A stretch of DNA of 64,000 nucleotides from Octopus sinensis. Lineage: Eukaryota. The notes beneath the pieces were generated by a model. That model did no database searches. It saw only the letters and a list, made by a program, of their open reading frames with translations, and was not told where the DNA came from. How positions within the stretch are numbered: position 1 is the stretch's first letter; every line of letters begins with the position of its first letter. The position numbers were made by a program, and so were the translations under genes. The stretch lies in NCBI RefSeq assembly GCF_006345805.1, contig NC_043000.1:159712001-159776000 (forward strand), written 5' to 3'. Shown here piece after piece: positions 25,600-38,697 of the stretch.

Positions 25600-26110
25600 T
25601 TCGTTACATCCATGCGGCTGCGATCATGATGGAGCACCACCGTGGTCTTTCTGATTTCCTCAGTCTGGGTGTTTCACATCACCACTTCTGTATGTGCCTT
25701 TGTTCGAGCTGTTTTTGGTGTATAAGGGAGTTTGATTCCGCTGCCCTCGTCTGCACCTCATGTGAGGCTGTTTGTTCATCCCGTAGTGTTGAGAGGAGGA
25801 TGTTTAGTTCCTCTTTGAAGATATCTACTTTCACCTTATGCAGGTTTCTTAAGTTTTGTGGCAGGGCATTGAAGAGTTATAAGCCTTTGAACTGTAGACT
25901 GTTGCAGCACCTGGTCCTGAATTTAGGTGGAGTGGATGATACTTTTAGTACAATAAAATGGCGGCCAGTTCTGGCATTTGTATAACACTCAATGCTGAAA
26001 TTAGGTACTAACCCTTCTAGAGTCTTGCATCTGTCACGCCTTTGCTCCAGGGAGTAAAGCTGCAGTTTTCTCAGCTTATCCCTGTAGCTCATCCACTGCA
26101 CCGTTTCAGT
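25600..26110 (-). mobile_element. CR1/L2-like LINE 3' end
   Basis: MSYRDKLRKLQLYSLEQRRDRCKTLEGLVPNFSIECYTNARTGRH; tail ggtggtgctcc...(ataaaaga)n. Confidence 0.85.
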
Positions 26111-26259
26111 CTTTTTAGTGTAGTGGCGTTGGACATATATGTATGTATGTGTATATGTATGCATGTATGTGTGTATATATATATATGTATATAAAATATG
26201 TATATGTTGTATAACAAACGCAGTATATAGTTGTGAGCTATTGATATTTTTATATATTA

Positions 26260-26436
26260 GAGATGTTTCTAGGCAGGTTTTAATAAGGCACCTAGTGTCT
26301 CCAAACAATCTGAGGCTCTTGAATATGGCTTGTAAAAGTTAAAAATTGGGACAACTTGTATAGGCCATGTACTCAGAGCCTTCCGATAGCTTGGAGACAT
26401 GAGGCCTGTTATCAACACCTGCCTGGAAAACATCTC
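26260..26436. mobile_element. Short MITE-like foldback
   Basis: Imperfect arms 26260-26330 / 26363-26436. Confidence 0.6.
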
Positions 26437-27046
26437 AAATGCACAAAACTATTAGATCATAAGTATATACTGTGTACATTTAAGTATTCATCTCACAACG
26501 GATGGAATGTATTTTTATTGATCTTACCTTAACGGAAAATTAAGCTACACACACACACACACACACACATTATGGATTAATGAACGTTGTTCATTTTTAC
26601 TGTGCTGTATATTACAGTCTTTATCACAGAGTTACCAAGAAACTGACCGTTCTCATAAGTTCTGAAGTTGCATTATCGTTGTTTATACGACTTTGCCACA
26701 TTACAATTTTTAATATAACTACTGAAATTCTTACTAGCTGAATAATTAACCTTAATGCAGTTCTTATTCTGTATCTGTCTTTACTTATGTTATGATGGAA
26801 AATTGCATTAAATTAAAGAATTCCCTGAACATATCAGTTAAAACATTTTTCTATCTATTTACTCTATATTCTTACCTTAAATATTTAACATGATAAATGT
26901 ATTATAGGCACCTTGTCCTAATGTTTTAAATTTAAAATTTAGTTAATGGAGTTTCTTCTATAAGAAATATCATGATTTTATTTCTTTAAGAAATATTGTT
27001 TAATTCTATTTGCTTATTTTTTAAAACTATTATTGTTATTATTGTT

Positions 27047-27148
27047 GACCTGATGAGGGACTATAATTTTAAATTCATTTGTTTTTCGATTAAATTTTAA
27101 TTTAATTGTAATTCGAATCTTAATTATAGCCATGAAACGTACGTAGTC
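27047..27148 (+). ncRNA. Candidate type-I hammerhead ribozyme with long AT-rich stem II loop
   Basis: GAC-CUGAUGA-ggg(a)cuauaauu...aauuauagcc(au)-GAAA-C(GUAC)G-UA/GUC; palindromic ACGUACGU; base of stem II imperfect. Confidence 0.55.
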
Positions 27149-27288
27149 TTTTTACTTATTATATATTGTTTATTAATTTTTTGTACTTTTTGTGATCTAG
27201 TAATATGTTTTAGAATATATTTTATTTTTATTTATGATTTGGTTTCTGTCTTTCATTGTTTGAATTGCCTTATAGTGTTTTTTCTCTA

Positions 27289-27335
<47 letters not shown>

Positions 27336-27379
27336 CATTACGCAGTTATACAGACAGCCACACTTACTAGCTATGTAAA

Positions 27380-28315
27380 CGACATATTCAAGGCATCTTC
27401 TAGTACACGAAGTCAAGGAACCTTCTGATGCTAGCTAATCTGCAGAAACACCTATATGCCATATATAAATGGGTTAAGGGGAACGACATGCAATGAAATG
27501 CAGGGAAATCCCAACCCTTCTGCTATCAGATATCCGGTGCGCAGAAGCCATAACAACGATATTTTGAACCAAAAAGAGCAGCAACCCCAGAATCACATAC
27601 GGTGCCTGATCACAGGATTGCTATGAGCAATCATGCCCCGTTTCACATGGTGGCAGTGTGCAAGCGAATGGCCGGATGGATACTGAGAACCTTCATAATA
27701 ATGCATCGAGGCACTACAGCCATCTACTCTCGACTGTGGTCACCCTACAGTGTCAGCTTAATAGCGGAACTTGAGGCAGTTCAGCGATGTTACACAAAGG
27801 GAGGTTGCATCAATGGCACAGCTGAGCTTCTGGGAGAGACTGAAAATGTTACGACTCCACTCGGTGGAGCGAAGACGAAAGAGGTATGCAGTAATATATG
27901 CATGGAAGATACTGGAGGGATTGGCACCAAACTTCGGAATTGAGAGCTATACCAGACCCCGAACTGGACGTCACTGCACTGTTTAAAAGGTTCCAGTTGT
28001 GCCATCAAGAGTGAGGACCATGTACTGCAATAGATTGAGATTCAAGGGCAAGCTAATTAACGCCTTACCAAAACATTTGAAGGATCTTCATGGAATGGGG
28101 GTAGATGTTTTCAAGAAACAACATGACCTTTCCCTATCCAAACTCCCAGAACCAATATAAAAGTAGGAGACTTAAAAGAGGGCAACGGTGTCGAAGTGCC
28201 TCTTTCACCAAGAGCAAATCACATAAAAGGGGCCATTGAAAAAGTGATGATACTGGCGGTGCACCGGTGTGGCCACAATCTTAGGGATGAAACGTATAAA
28301 AGCATAAAAGAAAAG
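27380..28315 (+). mobile_element. CR1/L2-like LINE 3' portion, decayed
   Basis: KRMAGWILRTF, YSRLWSPYSVSLIAELEAVQR, ERRRKRYAVIYAWKILEGLAPNFGIESY; tail tggcggtgc...ataaaag. Confidence 0.85.
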
Positions 28316-28678
28316 AATAAAAGAACACGCACACACACCCATACGCACACACTCACACACACATATATATATGTATATACATACATATATATCTACATGC
28401 ATACATAAATAAATATATCTAAAATACACACACGTACATATACAAAGACACATATACATACACATACATTGTTGTGTGCTGAGTATTTTCAATAAATAAA
28501 GGAAACTCAATCTATAGAAAGGTTAGATGTGGAGCTTAGAAGGGATAGTTCCGTTTTATAGAGATGAGCATCGATTGTATATAGAAAAAGCGCTGTTGTA
28601 TTTGTACAATCTGTGCAACTCTATATGAAACTCTTTTCTTTTTTATCTTGGATTTTGTATGCAGTTTACGAGTATACA

Positions 28679-28727
<49 letters not shown>

Positions 28728-29303
28728 CACATAAGCACTCCTACACACGCATATTTGTGACGGACTCTGCGTGTGTGTGTGTGTTTTTTTATATATATAT
28801 ATAATATATATATATATAATATATATATATAAGATATAGATATATATATATAATAGATATATATAGAAAGAAAGAAAGAAAGAAAGAAGAAGAAGAGAAC
28901 TGTATACTTTTGGATACACACATGTAAAGAATTTATATTTATAAAGCATTAGGAATTCAAAATTTTTTTGTACGCATATATTTTAACAAACACACAGAAA
29001 GCGTTCACTTTGAGGTATATACAGTTCCTATAGATCTCTCTTCCTCTCTCTCACTTTCTCTCTGTGAAAATACATACATACAAATATATATACACAGACT
29101 CATAGACTCATATATGCAGAGAGAGTGAGTGAGAGTGAGAGAGAGAGAGAGAGAGAGAGTGACAGAGAGTGAGAGAGAAAGAGAACAGGACAGAGAGAAA
29201 AAACTTTTTCTTGTATTTTTGTTGTGTAGTTTATAATGTCAGAATTTTTTGCCTTTACATTTGTTGACATACATACATATATATACATATATGTATGCAT
29301 GTA

Positions 29304-29337
<34 letters not shown>

Positions 29338-29608
29338 CTCCCACTCCCAGGCTTTGTCTTTGTTAGGGTACCTAAAGTTTGTTTTATGTTGCTATAGATG
29401 TAAAGAAAGAAAACTAGTTTTCGTTATTATTTTACACAAACCGGTAATTTTAAAATTTATTTGGGATTTTGCATTTTCTTGTCATCATTTCTTTTGCATA
29501 CATTTCTATTATATATCTTAATTTTTTTCCTCTTTCACCTGCTTACAATATTGTTTCCCTTTTAATACTACATACATACATTATATATATATATATATAT
29601 ATAAACAA

Positions 29609-29652
<44 letters not shown>

Positions 29653-30791
29653 TATATATATACATATATATATAAAACACACACACACATATATATATAT
29701 ACATATACATGTATATATTTATATGAATGTATGTATGAATGCGTCTGTGCAATGTCTCCTAATTTATGAGAAGGGTGTATACTACGCCAAGAACTAAGAA
29801 ATCTGAGAAAGAGATATAAAAATAGATAGATACCTATATATATACATACATACATAGATCGATATACATATGACATATCTATATCACATATATTTATATA
29901 CACATACATACGCACACACCCATACACACATATATATGTACGCATATAAACGTACACGCACACATATAAACAGAAACATTTATTTTTCCATTTACCATAT
30001 TGTCTTCTAATTTATTCTTTCATTTCACTCTCTAACCCCTGACGACTGCAGTTGTCGTGCCCCCTCACCACCACAACCACCACTACCACCACCACCAACA
30101 ACAACAACATCAACGACAACCTAATCACTATTATTATTTTTCCCTTTAAGTCTCTCTCCCTCTCGACTTTGTTTACAGTTCTAAATTTGTATTCCTTTAT
30201 TCCGTTCTATTTTTTTTTTCTCTTTTTTGGCACCATTCCTTTCTCTTCTATGTGTTATCGTTTTGCTTTCTTTCATTAACACACGCAAAGAATAAAAGAA
30301 AAAATCAAACGAAATGAACATAGCCAAAAAAAAAAAAAACTTCAAATGTAAAAGATAAAAAACAAATTACAGACGAAAGCAAAAAAGAAGAAAATATGTA
30401 AATATAATATATAATAAAAGCACCAAAAAAAAAAAACATGAAGTAAAACATATTCCATTCAGAATTCTATCTTCTGTGTTCATTCATCACATTGACAATT
30501 TAACTATTCAAGTTTCTGCCAAATACAGGACGAAAGTCTAATAACAACGTCAAAGGAGGAACGAACATATTGAAAAACGATGAAAAGACAACACTCTTTA
30601 TTTATTCATTTTTTTCACTCCGTTTTATGAATATTTTCATGAGGCAATTATTATGTTGTAGCGGTGTCGGATGGACTGTATGTAAGAGTTTTAAGTGTGG
30701 GCCTGCACTTACACGCATGTATATGTATAGGTATATGTATATATATATACTTATATATGCATATAATAATATATATATAGTGATAAAAGCC

Positions 30792-30842
<51 letters not shown>

Positions 30843-30859
30843 ATCCAAACAAGAAAACA

Positions 30860-30985
30860 CAAAAAAAACACAACAACGCGAGTACGTGGAACAAATATAG
30901 TATTATTGGACGGTCAGGAAAGAAGGAAAGAGGAGGGTTTAACGTTTCGAGCGGAGCTCTTCGTCGGAAACATAGGAGAAGGATA
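30860..30985 (-). mobile_element. Short Penelope-like pseudo-LTR fragment with a mini-hammerhead at 30937-30971
   Basis: GUUU-CCGACGA-A-GAGC(UCC)GCUC-GAAAC-GUU-AAAC; second copy at 37520-37660; flanked by (TA)n. Confidence 0.65.
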
Positions 30986-30987
30986 TG

Positions 30988-31063
<76 letters not shown>

Positions 31064-31099
31064 ATATATATATTATATATATCATACACGTATATACAT

Positions 31100-31168
<69 letters not shown>

Positions 31169-31188
31169 ATATATTCTCTGTTATCTTA

Positions 31189-31573
31189 TACTTGTTTCAT
31201 TCATTAGATTGCGGTCATACTGGGGCACTGCCCAGAAGAAACTTTTGTCAAATAAGCCTGGTATTTATTCTATAGTTTTGAATTGCCGAACCGCAAATAT
31301 TTGAATCTGAGTTTATCCGCTAACACCGGTTGACGAGCGGTGATGATCGTGTGGGGGACAAACATAGACATAAAGGCACACACATCTAGATATACATATA
31401 TAAACATATAGATATGTATATATAAACTTGTTTCAGTTTCTTCCTACCAAATTCACTCACAAATCTTTGGTCGGCCTGAGGCTATAGCAGGAGACAATTG
31501 CCTAAGGTGCCACGCAGTAAGACTAAACGCGGAACCATGTAGTTGAGAAGCATACTTCTTACCACACAGCCAC
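31189..31573 (-). mobile_element. Diverged family A SINE
   Basis: Colinear motifs. Confidence 0.8.
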
Positions 31574-31659
31574 ACACATACACACATGTATGTATGTATG
31601 TATGTATGTATGTATGTATGTATGTATGTATGTATGTATGTATGTATGTATGTATGTTT

Positions 31660-32172
31660 TTCATCCCGCAGGGTGTCCAATAAACACCCTACTCACCAAG
31701 CAAGCTTGGTGGGGTTGCCGGTTTAGTCGCCGACGACCCGACCATGCAACAGGTTGTACTGGATTACATGTTACCAGTAGGAGGAACTCTTGAGAGTCAA
31801 CGGCCATCCAATAAATGTCTTAAGGCTGTAACATGCGCGGGGACATAGAAATAATCGGACTGAATACCTGATCGCGCGGTTAAGCCATTGGGAGTGAAGG
31901 ACTCCTAGCCTTTGTTAGGGCATCATTCTAGGAGAAGGTAACTCAGGTAACTGGGATAACTCCGACACAAAACCTGCGGCTCAGTGGTTACCGATGATGT
32001 TGACTTGCTCTTCTTTTCAGATTATGGCTGCTGTTGCTTAGTGAGTGGGATTGACTCAGTGCACAGCCTTTCCTCACTTAAAAAAAAATCTTCTTGCACA
32101 GGCATTGCACGATAACAACATTGATTAAGCTTCGTGCAATGGCCATACTCGATAAGGAGGGTACAGCCACCA
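31660..32172 (+). mobile_element. Internally deleted RTE-type LINE (5' UTR joined to 3' tail)
   Basis: tctaggagaaggtaactc is RTE-5'UTR-like; gcttcgtgcaatggccatactcga is shared with the element at 36380; (TATG)n on both sides. Confidence 0.55.
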
Positions 32173-32299
32173 TGTATGTATGTATGTATGTATGTATGTA
32201 TGTATGTATGTATGTATGTATGTATGTATGTATGTATGTATGCATGCACGCAATTATACGTATGTAGATATCCTATATTTCAGTCACTGGATTGTTGCC

Positions 32300-34130
32300 A
32301 GTCTAGCGTAAAGCCTTGAAAAGTTCATTTGAACACTCTGATTGCAGTATTTATTAGCAAGTTTGGTACGTTTTCCGTCCGATTTTCGTTCATAGATCAT
32401 AACATTTCTTTGGTAGTAGTGTAAGCAATTCTCAGCTTCGTTAATAGTGGAGGGTGATTGGTCATAAGTAGGCTGTACTTTTCTAGGAACGAGAGTGCTG
32501 TATTCGTCAGTAGGAGCTGCTGGTCAGCAGGCAGCCATGTTTTGAATACCCTTACCAAGCCATGTTCTCATCCCAAAGCCTCGTTTTCAATCGGCTGTCG
32601 TATTATTAACAGTACTGAGTATATCATGTATAGGTATAGTTGTAATATCAGTAATTATTACCACATTCTTCCCCGCTGAAGAATCTGAGTACTACTAGGA
32701 AAGTTCGTAAAGTTCATAGGCATCAAAATATAACATGCGGCATTACAATATTCTGGACAGCTTACGTCTTTCAACTTCGTAAGTTGTATGAGTGTAGGAG
32801 CTGTTGACCAGCAGAATCCTTCTTAATCTTGTCTGTTTACCCCTTTGAGCACTTCGTAATCCAGGAGAGTGATAGTCCTGGCGGCAATGACTGTCTGCTT
32901 ATCGTTGAAGGTAAGCCCGTATGTCTTCGCGACTTGTAGGAAACTTTCATAATTCTCATCATGTTGCCTTCTGTTGCGCCTGCATATTGTGATGTCAACG
33001 TAGGCGAAGGTATCCACTAGTTTTGTTTGTTTGATAAGATTATCAATGATACCATAAGATATGCCATAATATACATCTGGAAGATCCTGGAGGGACGTGT
33101 CCCAAACTTTGGCATCGAGAGTTACACAAATGCCAGAACTGGGCGCCACTGCGTGGTGTCTAGGACTCCAAATTTGCCATCAAGATGTAGGACAAGATAC
33201 TGTGATAGCCTGGGCTTCCGAGGCCCACAGCTCTTCAATATCCTCCCGAAGAACCTGAGAGACCTGCTTGGGGTGGATGCAGATGTCTTTAAAATGAAAC
33301 TGGATCTCTTCCTGTCAGGTGTCCCAGATGAACCAACTTCACGGCAGGAGATGCAGATGAGGGCAGCTGCATCGAACTCTCTCATGCACCAAATGGCAGT
33401 TGCTAAAAAGCTTTCGTGAAGTAAAACCAAGTAGCAACACCAAATGGCGGTGCCCCAGCATGGCCACAGCTCATGAGCTGAAACTAGAATCAATCAATCA
33501 ATCAATCAATACGTTGAAAACAAGCTGTACTATCTGTGACTCCGAATGGTATAGGACGGAAATGATACAGGTTCCCACACGCTTCGAAACTAAATTTATT
33601 CTTATCTTCGCGTATAGAGATTTGATGATAAGCTCTCTTAAGATCGGAAGTAGTGAATATCTCGAAGCGAGATATTTTCTCAAACAAATCATCGATACGT
33701 GGCACAGTATACGGAGTTGTGTGTATCGATTGATTGTCTGGCTATTGTCGATTACCATTCGTCTTTTGTGTGATTCATCACTGGTGACTAAAACTTGCGC
33801 TCTTCAGGGAGAATGAGATGGTTCAATGGTTTGTTCTGACAAAAGACGGTCGACTTCACTTTCGGCAAATTTCTGATCCCTCAGTGACAGGCGACTGGAT
33901 TTAGTAGCAATAGGTTTGCAATGTAGTAAAAGTGACTGAATAGTGTAGGAGTAAAAATGGAAGTCTGGGACCCCGAAGGCTATGTTTACTTGATCATGCT
34001 ATTTCAAAAAGTCATACCTAAGTAAGGCATCTAAGCAAAGCTCAGGTAAAAGTGAAAGATTCACATTGGGGTAATCATTGTCACGATAGAGCAGTCTGGC
34101 AAAACAGTGACCTCGTGTAATGCTTGATGA
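32300..34130 (-). mobile_element. Gypsy/Ty3 LTR-retrotransposon pol remnant (protease end plus RT), interrupted by a LINE
   Basis: IEPSHSP.RAQVLV..RRMVID.SQTINRYT, MPRIDDL..DLKRAYHQI..PFGVTDSTACFQRID, TFAYVDITIC..HDEN..LTFN. Confidence 0.85.
33048..33510 (+). mobile_element. CR1/L2-like LINE 3' end with (TCAA)n tail
   Basis: ORF 33027-33419 RYAIIYIWKILEGRVPNFGI...FKMKLDLFLSGVPDEP; inserted at ATCAAT within the Gypsy RT. Confidence 0.9.
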
Positions 34131-34237
34131 GGTAATAAAGGCCATCGAAATCGGAATATTTGATGGATGGATACTCCAATCATGTAGTCATCAGGTGTCG
34201 TGGGGAAATTTATTTTTGATGTCATTATTATTATTAT

Positions 34238-34335
34238 TATTCAGGTCACTGGCTGGAATCGAACTCGGAATCTTGGGGTTAGTAGCCCGCACTCCTAACC
34301 ATTGCGCCATATGCCCGTGAGCAGTTAAGGAGTGA
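34238..34335 (-). mobile_element. tRNA-like SINE head (another family)
   Basis: Minus strand tggcgcaatggttagg...gagttcgattcc A and B boxes, followed by (aat)n; no complete cloverleaf. Confidence 0.65.
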
Positions 34336-34364
34336 AAAAATATATATATATATATATATGTATG

Positions 34365-34408
<44 letters not shown>

Positions 34409-34452
34409 CATTAATAAATCTCTGAACGAGATATAAACAGTAACCGCTCGAC

Positions 34453-34679
34453 AACCTAAGGTGTACTAGCCATCTGAATGTGGCTAGCCACTGGGGGTGG
34501 GGTGTATGTAGCACTTAGGTTTTCGAGGGAGGATGACCTCCCTTTGCAAATAACACAAGGGCACTGAAATGTTGTGTCTAAAGTCCATCTGGTGACGTTG
34601 ATCGCCTGGGGCTAAAAGCATCAGTAACACCCCACCCCCAGTGGCTAGCCACATTCAGATGGCTAGTACACCTTACGTT
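34453..34679. mobile_element. Foldback relative of the 2814-3362 element, lacking the ribozyme core
   Basis: Arms 34457-34505 / 34627-34675; ggatgacctccctttgcaaata and cctggggctaaaa shared with the minus strand of 2870-2953; (TA)n on both sides. Confidence 0.75.
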
Positions 34680-34689
34680 ATATATATAT

Positions 34690-34763
<74 letters not shown>

Positions 34764-35595
34764 CACACCTGGCCATGAATTTCAACTTGTGTGGATAGCT
34801 TTCTTCTTCAAGAAAAAACATCTACATATATACCACTGACTGCAGCGATTCGCAGAAGCGCTTCATAAAGACAGAACGCAGATGTTAGTCCCTTTAACAC
34901 ACACGCACGCGCGCGCATACGCACTTATAAATATACACACACATACACATACTCAAACACGCTCTCGCATACATATATATATATATATATATGTGCAAAC
35001 ACTCACAGACGCACACATGCATACATCCACATTCAAAACACTTGTTATATGAAATTTTGTGAGTTTATCTCTATGAATTAAGAGGAATTTCTGTATTTAT
35101 CCATCTACCACCTCCCGTACGTTAGTCGCTAAACAGGTTTTAGTGTTGGTCGTTAAAACTGAAATATTTCGTTTAAATCTAAAATGCAATTTTGTAAATG
35201 AAACGAACCGACTGAGCTTGACTATACTGATAATTTATTATTATTATTAATTCCTTCTTTCTTCAAATTTTCTTCCGTTTGTCGCCGAGTGTTTTCCGTA
35301 CACCTAGGGCAGAGAAGCTCATTGTATGCATTCCCAGATTACACACGCAAATTCACAGGTAAAATATGTATTTAAAAAGATTAATAAATAAATAAATTCG
35401 TGAATGGATGTTGTTTTCACAGCGATAATGCTCTTCTCGGTACATGAGCCGTTCCAGTTAACACGATTTTTTGCACTTCCTGTTGGGATGGTAAGCCTAG
35501 TATCATTTTCAAATAGGTTTCAGTACCTTTTTTTTTTATCACATGTGAGTGCTATAAATTCGCACAATGCGAATATAAAAGGAGACACATGGCTA

Positions 35596-35810
35596 TGATA
35601 CTCCCCACTACTTCTACTCGTGATCAGCGATGCACTTATCGTCAGTCACTAAAGGTCATTCTCAACTGGTTAAAGTCCAGCAAATGACAATGACAAGCAA
35701 ATCAGTGGTATTGAGCAAAATATTTGCTGTAGCCCATCTTTTATAGCAAGACAACACAATCTACATGATAATACTTTCAATCAGTTAAGATCAGAAGCTA
35801 TGAGAGCCAA
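35596..35810. mobile_element. Unclassified interspersed repeat, probably a SINE fragment
   Basis: Recognised as repeat-like by recall only; single copy in this window. Confidence 0.3.
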
Positions 35811-36379
35811 GTACCTCAGATAGACACTACTTTACGCAATATGCGTGCAGTTCCAAGCAATGCTGACTTTTGCAATACATCTAGATTGTAGGATAATTCT
35901 AAAGTTTTCAGATGTTTTTTTTTCAGATTGGGTGGTATTGAATCCAGTGCTCCGATGACAAAGGGATAACCTTTATGCTTGACTCTAGTAGCTGCCTTCT
36001 CTTAAAGTACTGTTTAGTGTGTATTTGTCGTATAGGTGGAAGTTTAGGATCACCGTTATTCAGGAAGGAATTGTAAGAGGATAGTTTTAAAGTCACTGTT
36101 GTGGGGAAGTCTGATCAGCTTAAAAGATTATAGTGGATAACTGTTCTAAGCAGGTCAGTCCTGATTAAGCTGATACATGATGAGGGCTTTCCGGCTGTGA
36201 CCATCCATCGTTCCATGGACTACGTTTTGTTTTCCTTTATCTGAAATTCAGAAGCAAATTCTTAAGGATTGTGTTATCGAATATTTTCTTTTTAAATAAT
36301 TGTATGTATGAATAAAACATATTTGGATGTTATTTCCTGCAGGTTGAACCACATTGACGCATAATGCATACATACATAC

Positions 36380-36755
36380 ATACATTATGGCTGCCCCTCG
36401 TCATCGAGTATGGCCATTGCACGAAGCTGTTACTGGTGCTGTGATCGAATGTGACTTTTTAGCCCAGCTAAAGATCTACAATGACTTGTACAGAATTGGC
36501 AACTAAAACCTTTACCGGTAAAAAGCCGGCTGTAGTTGTAACTGGACTTCATGTACCTTTGCATGTCGTTTAAGCCCTCCTGCCGAATTACACTCTCTTC
36601 CACATGCCCGACAGATATGATTAGTATGGTGTGTTACACCACCACCAGTGGCCAGGTTGTCACTCATCTGTCTCGCTTTATGACTACGAAGATGTCTCTT
36701 GAGTCCAGCTTCACTGAGGCAGGGTCTTGCACAGACACTGCATGTCTTGCACATG
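36380..36755 (-). mobile_element. RTE-type LINE 3' end with two C2H2 zinc fingers
   Basis: CSVCARPCLSEAGLKRHLRSH (36680-36742) and CRACGRECNSAGGLKRHAKVH (36551-36613), followed by the tail shared with 32129-32152 and (TATG)n. Confidence 0.7.
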
Positions 36756-37519
36756 CATACATACATACACACATACATACATACATACATACATACATAC
36801 ATACATACATACATACATACAACATACATACATACACGCATATACGCAGACACACACACACGCATATATATGTATGTCAACACACACGCACATACACACA
36901 CACATATATATATATATATACATAAAGTCACACACAGGCACACAGACACACACACATATAGAACAGAGTTTGTTACTAAATTATTTGATTATGTCATCCT
37001 ACGCACATTTCATTAACAATAATAAAATCGTTACATAAGGAAAGGCTATTAAACAGATTATATTATCAAGTCGTAAAACGTTGCTTAACACTCGCAAATA
37101 ACTTTTAAGATTTATAACAGATTTCAGAGAGCATTATAGTATGAATGACCATAACTACTGTGTTAACCTAGATCAAAGAATTTTCTTAAATACTCATAGA
37201 AGAAAAGAGAATTTTCTCTAATACCTGTAGATAAGGAATAAGTACCTAAGTCTCTGTTGTGCCTATGATAATGGGGAGAGAGAGATACATAGCGGTTGTT
37301 ATAGCGTTTTAAAGATACCAGTGGAATATTCCTACGCTTGATTATTCGCTATAGGCAGCTAGGGTGTTACTTGCTTGTCATCTTTACCGACACTTCAGTC
37401 AGCAAATGCACACATATACACAAATACCCACATATGTATATACACATGTGAACACATACACCCACATACATAATACATACATATATGTATATATATATAG
37501 TCACTCCAAACATGAGCAA

Positions 37520-37660
37520 AGAGGAAACACAACAATGTGAGGACGTGGAACAAGTATAGTGTTATTGGACGCCCAGGAAAGGAAAGAAAGAAGGAGGATT
37601 TAACGTTTCGAGTGGAGCTTTTCGTCAGAAACATGGAAAAAGGAAAGGTCCAAGGAAGGG
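37520..37660 (-). mobile_element. Second copy of the mini-hammerhead pseudo-LTR fragment (motif at 37598-37632)
   Basis: GUUU-CUGACGA-A-AAGC(UCC)ACUC-GAAAC-GUU-AAAU; core intact, stem II mutated. Confidence 0.65.
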
Positions 37661-37907
37661 AATACGGAGAAAGAAAGTCGCCAACGATACACACGCTGTC
37701 ACACACACACACACATATATATATATATACATATATATATACATTCATGTATACACACGCATAACACATACACATAAATATTTACATATGTACTCATATA
37801 TATATATGTGTGTGTGTACGTATACATACATATATACTCACACTTACATATAACATTATATACATCTACAAATATATACACAATACATACATATACACAA
37901 ATACATT

Positions 37908-37958
<51 letters not shown>

Positions 37959-37977
37959 TAATATACACAACATATAT

Positions 37978-38210
37978 ATTTCTTTATTGCCCACAAAGGG
38001 CTAAACATAGAGAGGACAAACAAGGACAGACAAAGGGATTAAGTCGATTACATCGACCCCAGTGCGAAACTGGTACTTTTATTTATAGACTCCGAAAGGA
38101 TGAAAGGCAAAGTCGACCTCGGCGGAATTTGAACTCAGAACGTAACGACAGACGAAATACCGCTAAGCATTCCGCCCGGCGCGCTAACGTGTCTGCCAGC
38201 TCGCCGCCTT
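37978..38210 (-). mobile_element. Family B SINE, full length
   Basis: Reverse complement of 4926-5160. Confidence 0.92.
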
Positions 38211-38697
38211 ATATACACAACATATATGTTCAATCATATATAACGATATTGACGCACATGTGATTCTGCATACATATATTTATATATTGTCTACCAATGA
38301 GCTTTTTATGCAGCATATGCATGTAGGGCCTAAGTAGGAAAACAGAATATTAACAAGAATTACGTGAATAATAATTATCAGAAGAATATTAATGATCACT
38401 TTTGAATAGCGCGAATTTGTCATAGACGTTCGATTAGGGTCTTACTAATTCACTATAAGTACCTTTTTTGAGAATTAGATGTATAGTTTGTTAAATCCTG
38501 TTAACATTACTCATAATTCGAATACTTCTTGGAGAATATCTACTCTGTAAATATGATGTAACTAAATACTTTATGAAGAAACTCGTCTATTCTGTTGATT
38601 CCTACATGTAACACCTTGATCATTTTAATTTTAGATGGATATACATAGACAGATGTAAACAATTTTCCTTTATCTTTAGAGACAGAAAATGAGAGAT

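Noticed and set aside
24612-25985. 457-aa ORF, the longest in the track
   Set aside because: (CATA)n read-through into the antisense strand of a LINE fragment
34238-34335. tRNA gene
   Set aside because: A and B boxes present but no complete cloverleaf; SINE head
36512-36955. Host C2H2 zinc-finger gene
   Set aside because: No TGEKP-type linkers or splice context; ends in a retroelement tail with (TATG)n
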